Below are positions 9,318 through 22,488 of a DNA stretch of 64,000 nt, piece after piece. Numbering within the stretch: the first letter of the stretch is position 1; every line of letters starts with the position of its first letter. Made by a program: the position numbers and the translations under genes. The DNA lies in contig JACKNJ010000002.1 in the NCBI GenBank assembly GCA_024234895.1, positions 395,565 through 459,564 on the forward strand. Reading direction: 5' to 3'. Below the pieces are notes generated by a model, which made no database searches, had not been told where the DNA came from, and worked only from the letters and a program-made list of their open reading frames with translations. The stretch comes from Gammaproteobacteria bacterium (GTDB lineage: Bacteria > Pseudomonadota > Gammaproteobacteria > JACKNK01).

Positions 9318-10351
9318 TCCTTCGGGATCTCGGCCGGCGACATCGGCGCAACGTTGAATGTGCGCGCCATGCCGGTCTCGTCGACGTATTCGACCTCGAC
9401 CTCCGGTGCGGTCCGACCCTGGCTGAAACGGGCGAGCAGACGGGCGGCGAGCGCCACGTCCGCCTCGTCGAACCGGCTGCCGTCGATCAGCGCCAGCGGG
9501 CCCATGTGGCTGATGGTGCGCAAGTGGCGGAACTGACGACGGTAGCCCTCGAGGAACCGCGATTCACCCTCCTCGCGGCTGATGATCATCTTGAAGTAGG
9601 GACGGGGTCGCAGGTGGCGGCCGACCTTGAGCAGCATGATGTCGTCGAGCTCGTAGCGACGTTCCCCCCGCGCTTGCCAGAGGTCGGCGAGCTTGTGGGA
9701 ATAATTCTCGTCGGTCAGGAAACAGCAGCCACCGGCAGGGGCGGCGTAGTCCTCGAAGCCGAACTGTGCGGCGAGGGCCATCTGCGGCTTGCGACCGCGC
9801 CCGGAGAAATCGTAAAGGCGGTCGCGATCCACCCAACCCTCACGTTCCGGCAGGGTCTCAGGCAGGTTCCGGGCGCACAGAGGCCGCAACAGACGATCGC
9901 CGGCGCCGGATTCGTCAGCCACCACCGGCATCGTGTCCTTGCGCTGCGACATCGGGCGCTGGCCGATCACCTCGCCGGTGATGATGAAGTCGAAACCGTG
10001 CTTGTCGATCCATTCCTGGGCCTTGTGGACCATGAAGATCTTGCAATCCAGACACGGGTTCATGTTCGCGCCGTACCCGTGTTTCGGGTTAAGCACGATG
10101 TCCTTGTACTCATCCACGATATCGACGATGTGCAGCTTGATGCCGAGTTGCTCGGCGACCCACAAGGCGTTGTTGCGCTTCGGCTTGGCTCGATCCTGCT
10201 TGCGGATTGCGTGGGTATGACCCTCGACGCAGAAGCCTGTGTAGAAATTCACGCCCTCGACATGGATGCCCTGCTCCTGCACCACGCGTGCCGCGAGCAG
10301 CGAATCGAGTCCACCGGAAATCAGGGCAAGGGCTTTTCGTGGCGCGCTCAT
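9305..10351 (-). CDS. PP-loop ATP pyrophosphatase, ThiI/MnmA-like putative thiolation enzyme (no THUMP domain)
   Basis: 348 aa with the SGGLDS PP-loop at residues 12-17. It also has NPCLDCK (MnmA/ThiI-like CxxC), ITGEVIGQRPMSQ (ThiI-like) and a GGCCF Cys pair. The C-terminal 130 aa or so are of unknown fold. Confidence 0.7.
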   Translation of the reverse strand: MSAPRKALALISGGLDSLLAARVVQEQGIHVEGVNFYTGFCVEGHTHAIRKQDRAKPKRNNALWVAEQLGIKLHIVDIVDEYKDIVLNPKHGYGANMNPCLDCKIFMVHKAQEWIDKHGFDFIITGEVIGQRPMSQRKDTMPVVADESGAGDRLLRPLCARNLPETLPEREGWVDRDRLYDFSGRGRKPQMALAAQFGFEDYAAPAGGCCFLTDENYSHKLADLWQARGERRYELDDIMLLKVGRHLRPRPYFKMIISREEGESRFLEGYRRQFRHLRTISHMGPLALIDGSRFDEADVALAARLLARFSQGRTAPEVEVEYVDETGMARTFNVAPMSPAEIPKDWYL

Positions 10352-10439
10352 ACGTGCTTCGGGTTCAGGGCGGCAAGGAGGCGCTCAGGATAACAAAGCC
10401 GTGCCTCCCCAGGGCGCAGGGGAAACCATCATATGAAGC

Positions 10440-10593
10440 TGTGGATAAGGTGCCCATATCCCCGCTTCGCCAAAACCCCCGGAATTCATCCACAAGGGAC
10501 GCACAGGCCGCGAACCGTATGCGCGCCCACCCACGCACCGGGGTTTTCCATCGCAACCCATTGATTGGACGACACTTGGCAAACTTATCCCCA
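10440..10593. promoter_or_regulatory. Cluster of DnaA-box-like 9-mers
   Basis: TGTGGATAA at 10440-10448 is a perfect TTATCCACA on the minus strand. TCATCCACA at 10486-10494 has 1 mismatch. TTATCCCCA at 10585-10593 has 1 mismatch. Confidence 0.45.
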
Positions 10594-10606
10594 AGCCGGG
10601 GCGGCC

Positions 10607-10655
10607 TCTATAACAACAATAATCTTTATATATAAAGCTTTTATATTTGTAATCA
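10607..10655. other. AT-rich element (possible DNA unwinding element or strong promoter region)
   Basis: By my count 41 of 49 positions are A/T, in a genome of about 65% GC. It contains the perfect palindrome CTTTATATATAAAG (10624-10637). Confidence 0.4.
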
Positions 10656-10782
10656 GCTCGCTCAGCGTGACGCGAACTGATCCGTTTCATCGGGACCGGT
10701 AAGTGACTCAGGCGGGTCGGGTATACTTCGCGACCTCGCATACATCCCCGTTTTCATGTCGTTTCGGTATCGCGGATATCCC

Positions 10783-11718
10783 ATGTCGCTGCATCACGAT
10801 GTCACCACCTTCCAGGGGCTGATTCAGGCTCTGGACAGCTACTGGGCGGAACAAGGCTGCGTTCTGCTCCAACCACTGGATATGGAAGTCGGAGCCGGCA
10901 CGTTCCACCCGGCGACCTTCCTGCGTTCGATCGGACCCGAGCCCTGGGCGGCCGCGTATCCGCAACCGTCGCGCCGTCCCACGGATGGCCGCTACGGCGA
11001 GAACCCGAACCGTCTGCAGCACTATTACCAGTATCAGGTGGTCATCAAGCCGTCGCCGGATGACATCCAGGACCTGTATCTGAATTCCTTGCGCGCGCTC
11101 GGGGTGGATCCAACCGTTCACGATATCCGGTTCGTCGAGGACAACTGGGAATCACCGACGCTCGGGGCCTGGGGGCTCGGCTGGGAAGTCTGGCTGAACG
11201 GCATGGAGGTCACGCAGTTCACCTATTTCCAGCAGGTCGGCGGGCTCGACTGCCGTCCGGTCACCGGTGAAATCACCTATGGCCTGGAACGCATCGCGAT
11301 GTATCTGCAAGGCGTGGAGAGCGTTTACGACCTGGTCTGGACGCGCGGGCCACAGGGCACGGTCACGTATGGGGACGTGTTTCATCAGAACGAGGTGGAG
11401 CAGTCGACCTACAACTTCCAGCATGCGGATACGGATGCCCTGTTCGCCTGGTTCGATACCTGCGAGCGGGCGAGCCAGAGGCTCATCGAAGCCGGACTCC
11501 CGCTGCCGGCGTATGAACAGGTGCTCAAGGCCTCGCACACCTTCAACCTGCTGGATGCGCGTAGCGCCATTTCCGTGACCGAGCGGCAACGCTTCATCCT
11601 GCGCGTGCGGGCCCTGGCGCGTGCGGTTGCACAGGCCTACTACGACGCGCGCGAGGAACTGGGTTTCCCGATGCTTGCGGGTGCCGCTGCGGGCACGGTG
11701 GAGGTGGCCAATGGCTGA
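10783..11718 (+). CDS. glyQ: Glycine--tRNA ligase alpha subunit
   Basis: Near-identical blocks to E. coli GlyQ (TFQGLI..YWA.QGC...[66 protein letters not shown]). The start at the second Met (10783) fits homologue length. Confidence 0.95.
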   Translation: MSLHHDVTTFQGLIQALDSYWAEQGCVLLQPLDMEVGAGTFHPATFLRSIGPEPWAAAYPQPSRRPTDGRYGENPNRLQHYYQYQVVIKPSPDDIQDLYLNSLRALGVDPTVHDIRFVEDNWESPTLGAWGLGWEVWLNGMEVTQFTYFQQVGGLDCRPVTGEITYGLERIAMYLQGVESVYDLVWTRGPQGTVTYGDVFHQNEVEQSTYNFQHADTDALFAWFDTCERASQRLIEAGLPLPAYEQVLKASHTFNLLDARSAISVTERQRFILRVRALARAVAQAYYDAREELGFPMLAGAAAGTVEVANG

Positions 11719-13801
11719 GTCGACCGCACGCATCGCTGATCTGTTGATCGAACTCGGCAGCGAGGAGCTCCCGCCGAAGGCGCTGGCCAGCCTGTCCCGC
11801 GAATTCCTCAATGGGGTGATCAGTGGCCTGGACAAGCTTGGTTTCGCTCATGGCGATGCCGAGGCCTTCGCGTCGCCGCGTCGCCTGGCGGTGCGCATCG
11901 CCGCCGTGGCGTTCGCGCAGCGCGCGAGCGAACAGGAACGTCGTGGCCCGGCGGTCGCGGCGGCGTTTGACGCGGACGGCAACCCGAGCAAGGCAGCGCT
12001 GGGCTTCGCGGCATCCTGCGGAGTCGCGGTGGAGGCGCTCGAACGGCTGGCTACCGACAAGGGCGAGTGGCTGGTTCATCGCCAGATCGTGGGTGGCAGT
12101 ACGCTGGATGAGTCGCTTGCCGGTGTGGTGGAGGCGTCGCTCGGCGCGCTGCCCATCCCCAAACGCATGCGCTGGGGCGCCGGGACGGCGGAATTCGTCC
12201 GCCCGGTTCATTGGCTGGTCATGATGCATAGCGATCAGGTGATTCCCGGGACGGTGCTCGGCCTGACGAGTGGCAATGTCAGTCGCGGCCATCGCTTCAT
12301 GTCCGTCGGTGACATCGTCATCGGTTCGGTCGGCGACTACGTCAACACGCTGCGCGATCAAGGCTTCGTGATCGTCGACATGGCGGCGCGCAAGGCGGCG
12401 GTGCGGGACGGTGTCATCGGCATCGCGGCTGAGGTCGGCGGACATGCGCTGGTCGACGAAGACCTTCTCGATGAGGTGACGGCGCTGGTCGAATGGCCGG
12501 TACCGCTGATCGGCGGGTTCGATCGACGTTTCCTGGAGCTGCCACACGAAGCCGTGATCTCCAGCATGCAGGGTCATCAGAAGTGTTTCCCGGTGGTTGG
12601 GGACGACGGTCGGTTGCTGCCGCATTTCATCGCGGTCTCGAACCTGCGGAGCAAGAATCCTGCGATCGTCCGCGCCGGTAACGAGCGTGTCATCCGGCCA
12701 CGGCTGACGGATGCCGAGTTCTTCTGGCAGCAGGATCTGAAGGTCGGCCTCGACAAACTCGGCGACGGCCTCGGCGCGATGACGTTCCAGGCGGAACTCG
12801 GCTCGTTGGCGGATAAGGCGGCACGGGTTGGTGAGCTTGCTGCCGGCATCGTCGAGCAGATTGGCGGTGATGCAACGGAAGCGCGTCGCGCGGCGCGGCT
12901 CGCGAAGGCGGACCTGCTCAGCGCGATGGTGTTCGAATTTCCCGAGCTGCAAGGCGTGATGGGGCGTTACTACGCGCGGGCGGCGGGTGAACCTGCTTCG
13001 GTCAGTCTCGCGATCGAGGAACAGTATCTGCCGCGCTTCGCCGGGGATGCGCTGCCGACCGGAGCGATCGGCTTTGCGCTCGCGCTCGCGGATCGCCTCG
13101 ACACCTTGGTTGGTATTTTCGCGATCGGGCAGAAGCCGACCGGCAACAAGGACCCGTTCGGTTTGCGCCGCGCGGCACTCGGGGTGTTGCGCATGTTGAT
13201 CGAGGGCAAGCGCGATCTCGACCTATTGGCGCTTATCGGCGGGAGTGCGGCGGTGCTGGCCGATAAGGTCGATGCGAGCGGCAGCGTCGACGAGGTCTTC
13301 GAATACGTGATCGACCGTTTGAAGGTCTATTACGCTGACGAAGGTATCGACGCGGACGTGATCGATGCCGTGATGGGCGTTCGGCCGACCCGCCCGCTGG
13401 ATTTCGATCTTCGCGTTCGGGCGGTGCAGGCCTTCCGGGCGACCGACGCCGGTCAGACCCTCGCGGCCGCCAACAAGCGGACGAGCAACATACTCAAGAA
13501 GGTCGACTTTGATCTCGCGGATCTGGCCGTCGATCGCGGCGCCTTCGTCGAACCTGCCGAAACGGCGCTGGCGAATGCGGTCGATGCGGTTCGTGGGCCT
13601 GTCGCCGAAGCGTTCGCCGCGGGCGATTATGAGGCGGGCCTCGCGCGGCTCGCGGATCTTCGCGAACCCGTCGATGCGTTCTTCGATGGCGTCATGGTCA
13701 TGGCTGACGACGATGCCCTCAAGCGGAATCGGCTGGCCCTGCTGATGGATCTCTCCCGCATGTTCCTTGGCGCCGGGGATTTCTCCCGGCTGCAGGGTTG
13801 A
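11711..13801 (+). CDS. glyS: Glycine--tRNA ligase beta subunit
   Basis: The start [23 protein letters not shown] overlaps the glyQ stop (ATGGCTGA). About 696 aa, with a typical GlyS N-terminus. Confidence 0.95.
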   Translation: MAESTARIADLLIELGSEELPPKALASLSREFLNGVISGLDKLGFAHGDAEAFASPRRLAVRIAAVAFAQRASEQERRGPAVAAAFDADGNPSKAALGFAASCGVAVEALERLATDKGEWLVHRQIVGGSTLDESLAGVVEASLGALPIPKRMRWGAGTAEFVRPVHWLVMMHSDQVIPGTVLGLTSGNVSRGHRFMSVGDIVIGSVGDYVNTLRDQGFVIVDMAARKAAVRDGVIGIAAEVGGHALVDEDLLDEVTALVEWPVPLIGGFDRRFLELPHEAVISSMQGHQKCFPVVGDDGRLLPHFIAVSNLRSKNPAIVRAGNERVIRPRLTDAEFFWQQDLKVGLDKLGDGLGAMTFQAELGSLADKAARVGELAAGIVEQIGGDATEARRAARLAKADLLSAMVFEFPELQGVMGRYYARAAGEPASVSLAIEEQYLPRFAGDALPTGAIGFALALADRLDTLVGIFAIGQKPTGNKDPFGLRRAALGVLRMLIEGKRDLDLLALIGGSAAVLADKVDASGSVDEVFEYVIDRLKVYYADEGIDADVIDAVMGVRPTRPLDFDLRVRAVQAFRATDAGQTLAAANKRTSNILKKVDFDLADLAVDRGAFVEPAETALANAVDAVRGPVAEAFAAGDYEAGLARLADLREPVDAFFDGVMVMADDDALKRNRLALLMDLSRMFLGAGDFSRLQG

Positions 13802-14166
13802 GCGGCTGGGCGGATCGGAGGGTGGCGGTGCAGCGCAATCCGGATTCCTACCAGCAGATGCTGGAGGCGGTGCAGGCATTTCATGACAAGCATCGCTTCC
13901 GGGATACCGGCGGCGAGGAGTTGACCTACCGGGTCGCATTGATGGCGGAGGAGCTCGGGGAGATCTCGTCATGCGTGACCAAAGGCAAGTCGCGGGAGGC
14001 GCTTGCGGAGGAGGTGGCCGATTTGCTTATTCTGGTGATGGGCACCGGCATCGCGGTCGACTTCGATCTGAACGCGGCGTTCTGGGCGAAGCTTGAAAAG
14101 CTGATGCAACGGGAGGCTCGGGTCGTCAATGGCCGTATCCGGGTTTCGGAGTTCCGCGATGTCTAA
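13798..14166 (+). CDS. MazG-like all-alpha NTP pyrophosphohydrolase domain protein
   Basis: EExxE...ExxD signature (MAEELGEISSC....LAEEVADLLILVM). A TTG start overlaps the glyS stop. An alternative ATG lies at 13858. The stop overlaps the gmhB start. Confidence 0.6.
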   Translation: MSGWADRRVAVQRNPDSYQQMLEAVQAFHDKHRFRDTGGEELTYRVALMAEELGEISSCVTKGKSREALAEEVADLLILVMGTGIAVDFDLNAAFWAKLEKLMQREARVVNGRIRVSEFRDV

Positions 14167-14713
14167 CAGCGATCGCGCGCAGCTCGTCATTCTCGATCGG
14201 GACGGTGTGCTCAACGAGGACTCGGACGCGTTCATCAAGACGCCTGATGAGTGGATTCCGGTCCCAGGGAGTCTGCAGGCGGTCTCGCGGCTCAATCAGG
14301 CGGGTTATCGGGTGGTCGTCGCGACCAATCAATCGGGCGTGGCTAGGGGCTTCCTGGACCTCGACATGCTTGCCCAGATCCACGAGAAGATGCGTCAGTC
14401 ATTGCTTGAGTGCGGTGGCCATGTCGACGGCATCTTCTTTTGTCCACACGGTCCCGAAGACGGTTGCCGTTGCCGCAAACCCCGGCCAGGGCTGTTTGAA
14501 GAGATCGCGGCGCGATACGACGTCGACCTGAAAGGTGTGGTGGCGATCGGCGACTCCTTGCGGGATCTTCAGGCAGCGGTGACGGCGGGCGCGTCGCCCG
14601 TGCTGGTGCGCACCGGGAAGGGTGAGCGGACATTGGCGAACCCGGCACTGGACGCGGCCATACCCGTTTACGCAGACCTTGCAGCAGCCGTGGACGCGCT
14701 GCTGGCCTCCTGA
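14159..14713 (+). CDS. gmhB: D-glycero-beta-D-manno-heptose 1,7-bisphosphate 7-phosphatase (HAD family)
   Basis: DRDGVLN HAD motif I, TNQSG, and a CxC Zn motif (CPHGPEDGCRCRKPRPG), plus GDSLRDL. The start MSNSDRAQLVILDRDG is at 14159, in an ATGTCTAA overlap with the preceding gene. Confidence 0.85.
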   Translation: MSNSDRAQLVILDRDGVLNEDSDAFIKTPDEWIPVPGSLQAVSRLNQAGYRVVVATNQSGVARGFLDLDMLAQIHEKMRQSLLECGGHVDGIFFCPHGPEDGCRCRKPRPGLFEEIAARYDVDLKGVVAIGDSLRDLQAAVTAGASPVLVRTGKGERTLANPALDAAIPVYADLAAAVDALLAS

Positions 14714-14729
14714 TCCGGCTCAGCCTGCA

Positions 14730-15473
14730 ATGTTGATTTTTCTCCGGTCCGCGTTGTTTTCCCTCGGGATGCTGCTGGCGACCGTGGTGTTTTCAGTCGG
14801 CGCCCTGTTCACGCTCCCGTTCGGATTTTCGGTTCGATACCAGTTCGTTATCCGCTGGGCCTGGTTTGTGTTGTGGTGGCTCAGGGTGACCTGCGGTGTT
14901 CACTACGAAGTGCGCGGGCTGGAGAACGTGACGACGGCTAACGCCATCCTGTTCTCAAAACACCAGTCGACCTGGGAAACCCTGGCGATTCAAAAACTGT
15001 TTCCCGTGCAGGCATGGGTTCTCAAAAAGGAGTTGCTGGCGGTCCCCTTCTTCGGGTGGGCGCTTAGGCTCATGGAGCCGATCGCGATCGACCGCAGCGC
15101 GGGCAGCCAGGCGGTCAAGCAGCTGATCAAGGAAGGCAAGGAACGCCTGGCCGGCGGTCGCTGGGTGGTTGTGTTCCCGGAAGGGACACGTGTCGCGCCG
15201 GGCAAGGTCGGACGCTATGGCATCGGTGGGGCGCTGCTCGCGCAGGCCTCGCGCTATCCGGTGGTGCCGATGGCGCATAACGCGGGCGAATACTGGCCGC
15301 GGCGCGGGTTCCTGAAGAAGCCCGGCACGATCATCGTGTCGATCGGGCCCGCGATTCCTACCCAGGGCAAGAAAGCGGACCAGATCCTCAGCGAAGCCAA
15401 AGGCTGGATCGAAGGGGAGATGGCCCGGATATCCAGCGTTCCAACGGTGGACGACGGGCTATCGGCGGACTGA
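14730..15473 (+). CDS. 1-acyl-sn-glycerol-3-phosphate acyltransferase family protein
   Basis: N-terminal TM, acyltransferase blocks KHQSTWE and VVFPEGTR. Its position next to gmhB and gyrB matches the Pseudomonas lptA locus. The start was chosen at MLIFLRSALFS. Confidence 0.85.
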   Translation: MLIFLRSALFSLGMLLATVVFSVGALFTLPFGFSVRYQFVIRWAWFVLWWLRVTCGVHYEVRGLENVTTANAILFSKHQSTWETLAIQKLFPVQAWVLKKELLAVPFFGWALRLMEPIAIDRSAGSQAVKQLIKEGKERLAGGRWVVVFPEGTRVAPGKVGRYGIGGALLAQASRYPVVPMAHNAGEYWPRRGFLKKPGTIIVSIGPAIPTQGKKADQILSEAKGWIEGEMARISSVPTVDDGLSAD

Positions 15474-15491
15474 CAGTCCGCAAAGCATTCG

Positions 15492-19039
<3,548 letters not shown>

Positions 19040-19071
19040 GACGGCTGACGGTCAGAAGGACTGGTGACGGA

Positions 19072-20172
19072 TCAAAGCCGCATCGGCATGACGACGTGCA
19101 AGCACTCGCTGCTGCCGGCAGCCTGAATCAGGCAGCTGCTGTTCTGATCCTTCAATGTGAGGGTAACGTCCTTGTGACTCAGCACAGCAAGGGCGTCGAG
19201 GATATAGGTCACGTTGAACCCGATCTCGATTTCGGCGCCTGCGTACTGGACTTCGATTTCCTCTTCCGCCTCTTCCTGTTCAGGGTTGTGCGCCTGAATG
19301 CGCAGCGTGTCCGGCAGGAGCGTCAACCGGATACCCCGATACTTCTCGTTGGACAGGATCGCGGTGCGGGAAAGCGCCTGACGCAGCCATTCCCGGTCAG
19401 CGGTCACGACGAGCTCACCGCCCTGGGGGATCACACGGTCATAGTCCGGAAACCGTCCGTCGATGAGCTTCGAGGTGAAACGCAGGTCGGCGAGCGTGAT
19501 CCGGATGTGGTTCTCGCCAATCTCGATATGCGCCGGGTTGTCCGTGGACTCCAGCAGGCGCAGGAGCTCGGTGATGCCCTTCCGCGGGACGATGACCTTG
19601 CTCAACTGCGATACCTGCGTGTCCGCTTCAATGACGCAGGTTGCCAAGCGGTGGCCGTCCGTCGCGACAGCACGAAGTTGATTGCCGTCGATCTCCAGCA
19701 GCAGACCGTTGAGGTAATAACGGACATCCTGGACCGCCATCGCGAACTGGGTGCGTTCCAGCAAGCTGCGAAGATCCTTTTCGGGCACGGAGAAACGAAC
19801 CGTTGCGCCAATATCGTCGACGCGGGGGAATTCATCCGCGCTAAGTGTGGAAAGCGTGAAGCGGCTGCGGCCAGAGCGCAGCATGGCGCGGTTGTCGCCG
19901 ACGCTGAGGTTGACGTTCGCGCCGTCCGGGAGGCTGCGGCAGATATCGGCCAGCTTGCGGGCGGGCAGGGTGATCTCTCCACCCTCGTCGATCTTCATCG
20001 TCGCGCGCGCAACCAGTTCGACCTCGAGGTCGGTCGCGGTGACTTCAAGTTGATCGCCACTGGCCTTGACCAGGAGATTGGACAGTACGGGCAGAGTTTG
20101 CCGACGCTCGACAACCCCGATCACCTGCATGATCGGTTTGACGATGATGTCCCGGTCGACCTGGATCTTCAT
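19072..20172 (-). CDS. dnaN: DNA polymerase III beta sliding clamp
   Basis: 366 aa with a typical DnaN N-terminus (MKIQVDRDIIVKPIMQVIGVVERRQTLPVLSNLL) and C-terminus (..VVMPMRL). Confidence 0.97.
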   Translation of the reverse strand: MKIQVDRDIIVKPIMQVIGVVERRQTLPVLSNLLVKASGDQLEVTATDLEVELVARATMKIDEGGEITLPARKLADICRSLPDGANVNLSVGDNRAMLRSGRSRFTLSTLSADEFPRVDDIGATVRFSVPEKDLRSLLERTQFAMAVQDVRYYLNGLLLEIDGNQLRAVATDGHRLATCVIEADTQVSQLSKVIVPRKGITELLRLLESTDNPAHIEIGENHIRITLADLRFTSKLIDGRFPDYDRVIPQGGELVVTADREWLRQALSRTAILSNEKYRGIRLTLLPDTLRIQAHNPEQEEAEEEIEVQYAGAEIEIGFNVTYILDALAVLSHKDVTLTLKDQNSSCLIQAAGSSECLHVVMPMRL

Positions 20173-20232
20173 GGTTTACCCCTTGGATAGCGTGTTCAAG
20201 CTGAATGTTATTGAAAGTGATCAAGCGGTTTG

Positions 20233-21621
20233 TCACGAGGTGAGCAACCGTCGCAGTGTCTGCACGTCGTCTTCGATGCTTGTATCCGTCGTGCGCAGTT
20301 CGGCGATCTTGCGGCAGGCGTGGATCACTGTAGTGTGGTCCCGTCCGCCGAACGCCTGTCCGATTTCCGGGTAGCTGTGTCGCGTCAGCTCCTTGGCAAG
20401 CGCCATCGCGACTTGGCGAGGCCGTGCTATGGAGCGACTGCGCCGGGAGGAGAGCAGTTCCACCAGACGGATCTTGTAATACGACGAGACGACCTTCTGA
20501 ATATTGTCGATGGTGACCTGCTTCTGCTGGATTGCGAGCAGGTCCTTGAGCGCATCCTTGACGAAGGGAACGGTGATCTCGGCGCCCATGAAATGCGCGT
20601 TTGCCATCACCCTTCTCAATGCACCTTCAAGCTCACGCACGTTGGAATGCACGGCGTTGGCGATGAAGAACGCGACATCCGTGGACAGGGCGATGCCGAA
20701 CTGCTCGGCCTTGCTCTGCAGGATCGCGACGCGTGTTTCCGTGTCGGGCGGGTCGATGCTGGTGGTCAGCCCCCAGCTGAATCGGGATTTGAGGCGTTCG
20801 TCGACGCCCTCGACTTCTTTCGGATATTTGTCGCTGGTGAAAATGATCTGCTGCTGGTTTTCGAGCAGGGCATTGAACGTGTGGAAGAACTCTTCCTGGG
20901 TACGTTCCTTGTTCGCGAAGAACTGGATGTCATCGATCAGTAGCGCGTTGAGCGTGCGATAGCGCGCCTTGAACTGATCCATGGCGTTGTGCTGTAGCGC
21001 CTTGACCATGTCGGCGACAAAACGCTCCGCGCGGAGGTACGCGATTTGCGCCTTGGGATTGTGTTCGCGAATCAGGTTGCCGATCGCATGCATCAGGTGG
21101 GTTTTGCCGAGCCCGGTGGAGCCATATATGCAGAGCGGGTTGTACGCACCGCCCGGGTTTTGTCCGACCTGCACGGCTGCGGCACGCGCCAGCTGGTTCG
21201 ATTTGCCTTCGACGAAGGTGTCGATGGTGAATTCAGGATTCAGCGTGTCTTCCCAGTCCGTGGCCTGCTCGACGATCGCCGCGATAGCACTGCCTTCATA
21301 ACCGGCGCGCGCGGTTGGGGCGAGCTCGTTGAGCAGCGCGGCATGGTCGACGGGTTTCGCGGGGGAGGGGGTGCGCTGGCGGCTGCCGATCGATAGCCGA
21401 ACGCCGAAATCGGCCCGGCCGGTCAGTTGCGACAACGCCGATTCGATCTGCGGAAGGTAGTGATCCTTAACCCAATCGAGCACGAACCGGTTGGGCGCGA
21501 GCAGTTGGATACCGTTGTCCGACACAGTGGCCTGCAGCGGACGAATCCAAGTGTTCAGGTGCTGATCGCTGAGCTGACCCTCGAGCTGGCGAATACACTG
21601 ATTCCAGAGATTGGAGTCCAA
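20233..21621 (-). CDS. dnaA: Chromosomal replication initiator protein DnaA
   Basis: 462 aa with the AAA+ Walker A motif [10 protein letters not shown] and the domain IV signature ([37 protein letters not shown]). Confidence 0.97.
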   Translation of the reverse strand: MDSNLWNQCIRQLEGQLSDQHLNTWIRPLQATVSDNGIQLLAPNRFVLDWVKDHYLPQIESALSQLTGRADFGVRLSIGSRQRTPSPAKPVDHAALLNELAPTARAGYEGSAIAAIVEQATDWEDTLNPEFTIDTFVEGKSNQLARAAAVQVGQNPGGAYNPLCIYGSTGLGKTHLMHAIGNLIREHNPKAQIAYLRAERFVADMVKALQHNAMDQFKARYRTLNALLIDDIQFFANKERTQEEFFHTFNALLENQQQIIFTSDKYPKEVEGVDERLKSRFSWGLTTSIDPPDTETRVAILQSKAEQFGIALSTDVAFFIANAVHSNVRELEGALRRVMANAHFMGAEITVPFVKDALKDLLAIQQKQVTIDNIQKVVSSYYKIRLVELLSSRRSRSIARPRQVAMALAKELTRHSYPEIGQAFGGRDHTTVIHACRKIAELRTTDTSIEDDVQTLRRLLTS

Positions 21622-21691
21622 GGATGGAGACCTGCGAAAAGCGGAAGTGGCCCGGAAGCGGAGCGACCGAGTCTATACCCGCTCCCCTTGG

Positions 21692-21700
21692 TTATCCACA
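21692..21700 (+). promoter_or_regulatory. Perfect DnaA box TTATCCACA in the dnaA-rpmH intergenic region
   Basis: Exact 9-mer, 71 bp upstream of the dnaA ATG (divergent orientation). A 2-mismatch box, TTATCCCTG, sits at 21759-21767. Confidence 0.6.
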
Positions 21701-21753
21701 GGGTTGGAACGAAGGATCAGGCCACTTTAACGACGCCAAACAAACAATTCGCT

Positions 21754-21782
21754 TTGACTTATCCCTGCGGAATCCATATATT
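21754..21782 (+). promoter_or_regulatory. Sigma70-type promoter for rpmH-rnpA
   Basis: TTGACT, 17-nt spacer, TATATT. It lies about 70 nt upstream of the rpmH ATG. Confidence 0.55.
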
Positions 21783-21850
21783 CCGCCGGCTCTGCGCCCG
21801 CCCGGGCATGGTCCGCTTAGACCTTCACGACAATACGAGCCGAATACGTC

Positions 21851-21985
21851 ATGAAACGTACTTTCCAGCCGAGTAATCTGCGCCGCAAACGCACCCATGG
21901 GTTCCGCGCCCGCATGCAGACCAAGAACGGTCGTCGCGTGCTGAAAGCTCGCCGCGCCAAGGGCCGCGCGCGCCTTTGCCCGTAA
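21851..21985 (+). CDS. rpmH: 50S ribosomal protein L34
   Basis: Not in the ORF track because it is under 60 aa. Translation is [44 protein letters not shown] (44 aa), a canonical L34. Confidence 0.95.
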   Translation: MKRTFQPSNLRRKRTHGFRARMQTKNGRRVLKARRAKGRARLCP

Positions 21986-22032
21986 ATCGACGTTAACGTC
22001 TGGCCGCGGCATCACGCATGTGACCCGCGACC

Positions 22033-22443
22033 TTGATGGAGAACACGCGCGCGCCAGTCAACGGCACTTTGCCGTACGACAACGCCCGGTACCCGAAATC
22101 GCATCGCCTGCGGACTGCTCCGGAATTCCGGTTGGTCTTCGATGGCGCCACGCGATCCGGTGATCGGGCGTTAACGTTGTTGGCACGCCCCAACTCTGTC
22201 GGCTTCGCCAGGCTAGGCATGGCCATTGCGCGCAAGAAAACGCGAACAGCGGTCGCGAGAAATCGTCTGAAACGGATGATTCGCGAAAGCTTTCGCGTCA
22301 ATCAGCCTGAACTGCCCGCCATCGACATTGTCGTGCTGTTGCGCGACGGGGCAGTTGGTCGGTCGAACCGGGAGTTGTTAACGGAACTCGACCGGCATTG
22401 GCGGCGACTCTCCGATCGTATGGGCAAGCCCGTGCCGGCTTGA
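22033..22443 (+). CDS. rnpA: Ribonuclease P protein component
   Basis: Basic protein with the RNR motif region (ARKKTRTAVARNRLKRMIRESFR). Position is between rpmH and yidC. The exact start is uncertain. Confidence 0.9.
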   Translation: MMENTRAPVNGTLPYDNARYPKSHRLRTAPEFRLVFDGATRSGDRALTLLARPNSVGFARLGMAIARKKTRTAVARNRLKRMIRESFRVNQPELPAIDIVVLLRDGAVGRSNRELLTELDRHWRRLSDRMGKPVPA

Positions 22444-22488
22444 TGAGCCTGCACTGCTTGCATCGAACGTAAACAAAAGAGCGAATTC

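Noticed and set aside
21622-21850. dnaA-rpmH intergenic region as the replication origin, which is the Pseudomonas-type location.
   Set aside because: This is not excluded, but the sequence support is weak. It has a single perfect DnaA box and one 2-mismatch box. It has no AT-rich unwinding tract, and most of the space fits an rpmH promoter. I kept it as the alternative to the 10.4-10.7 kb candidate.
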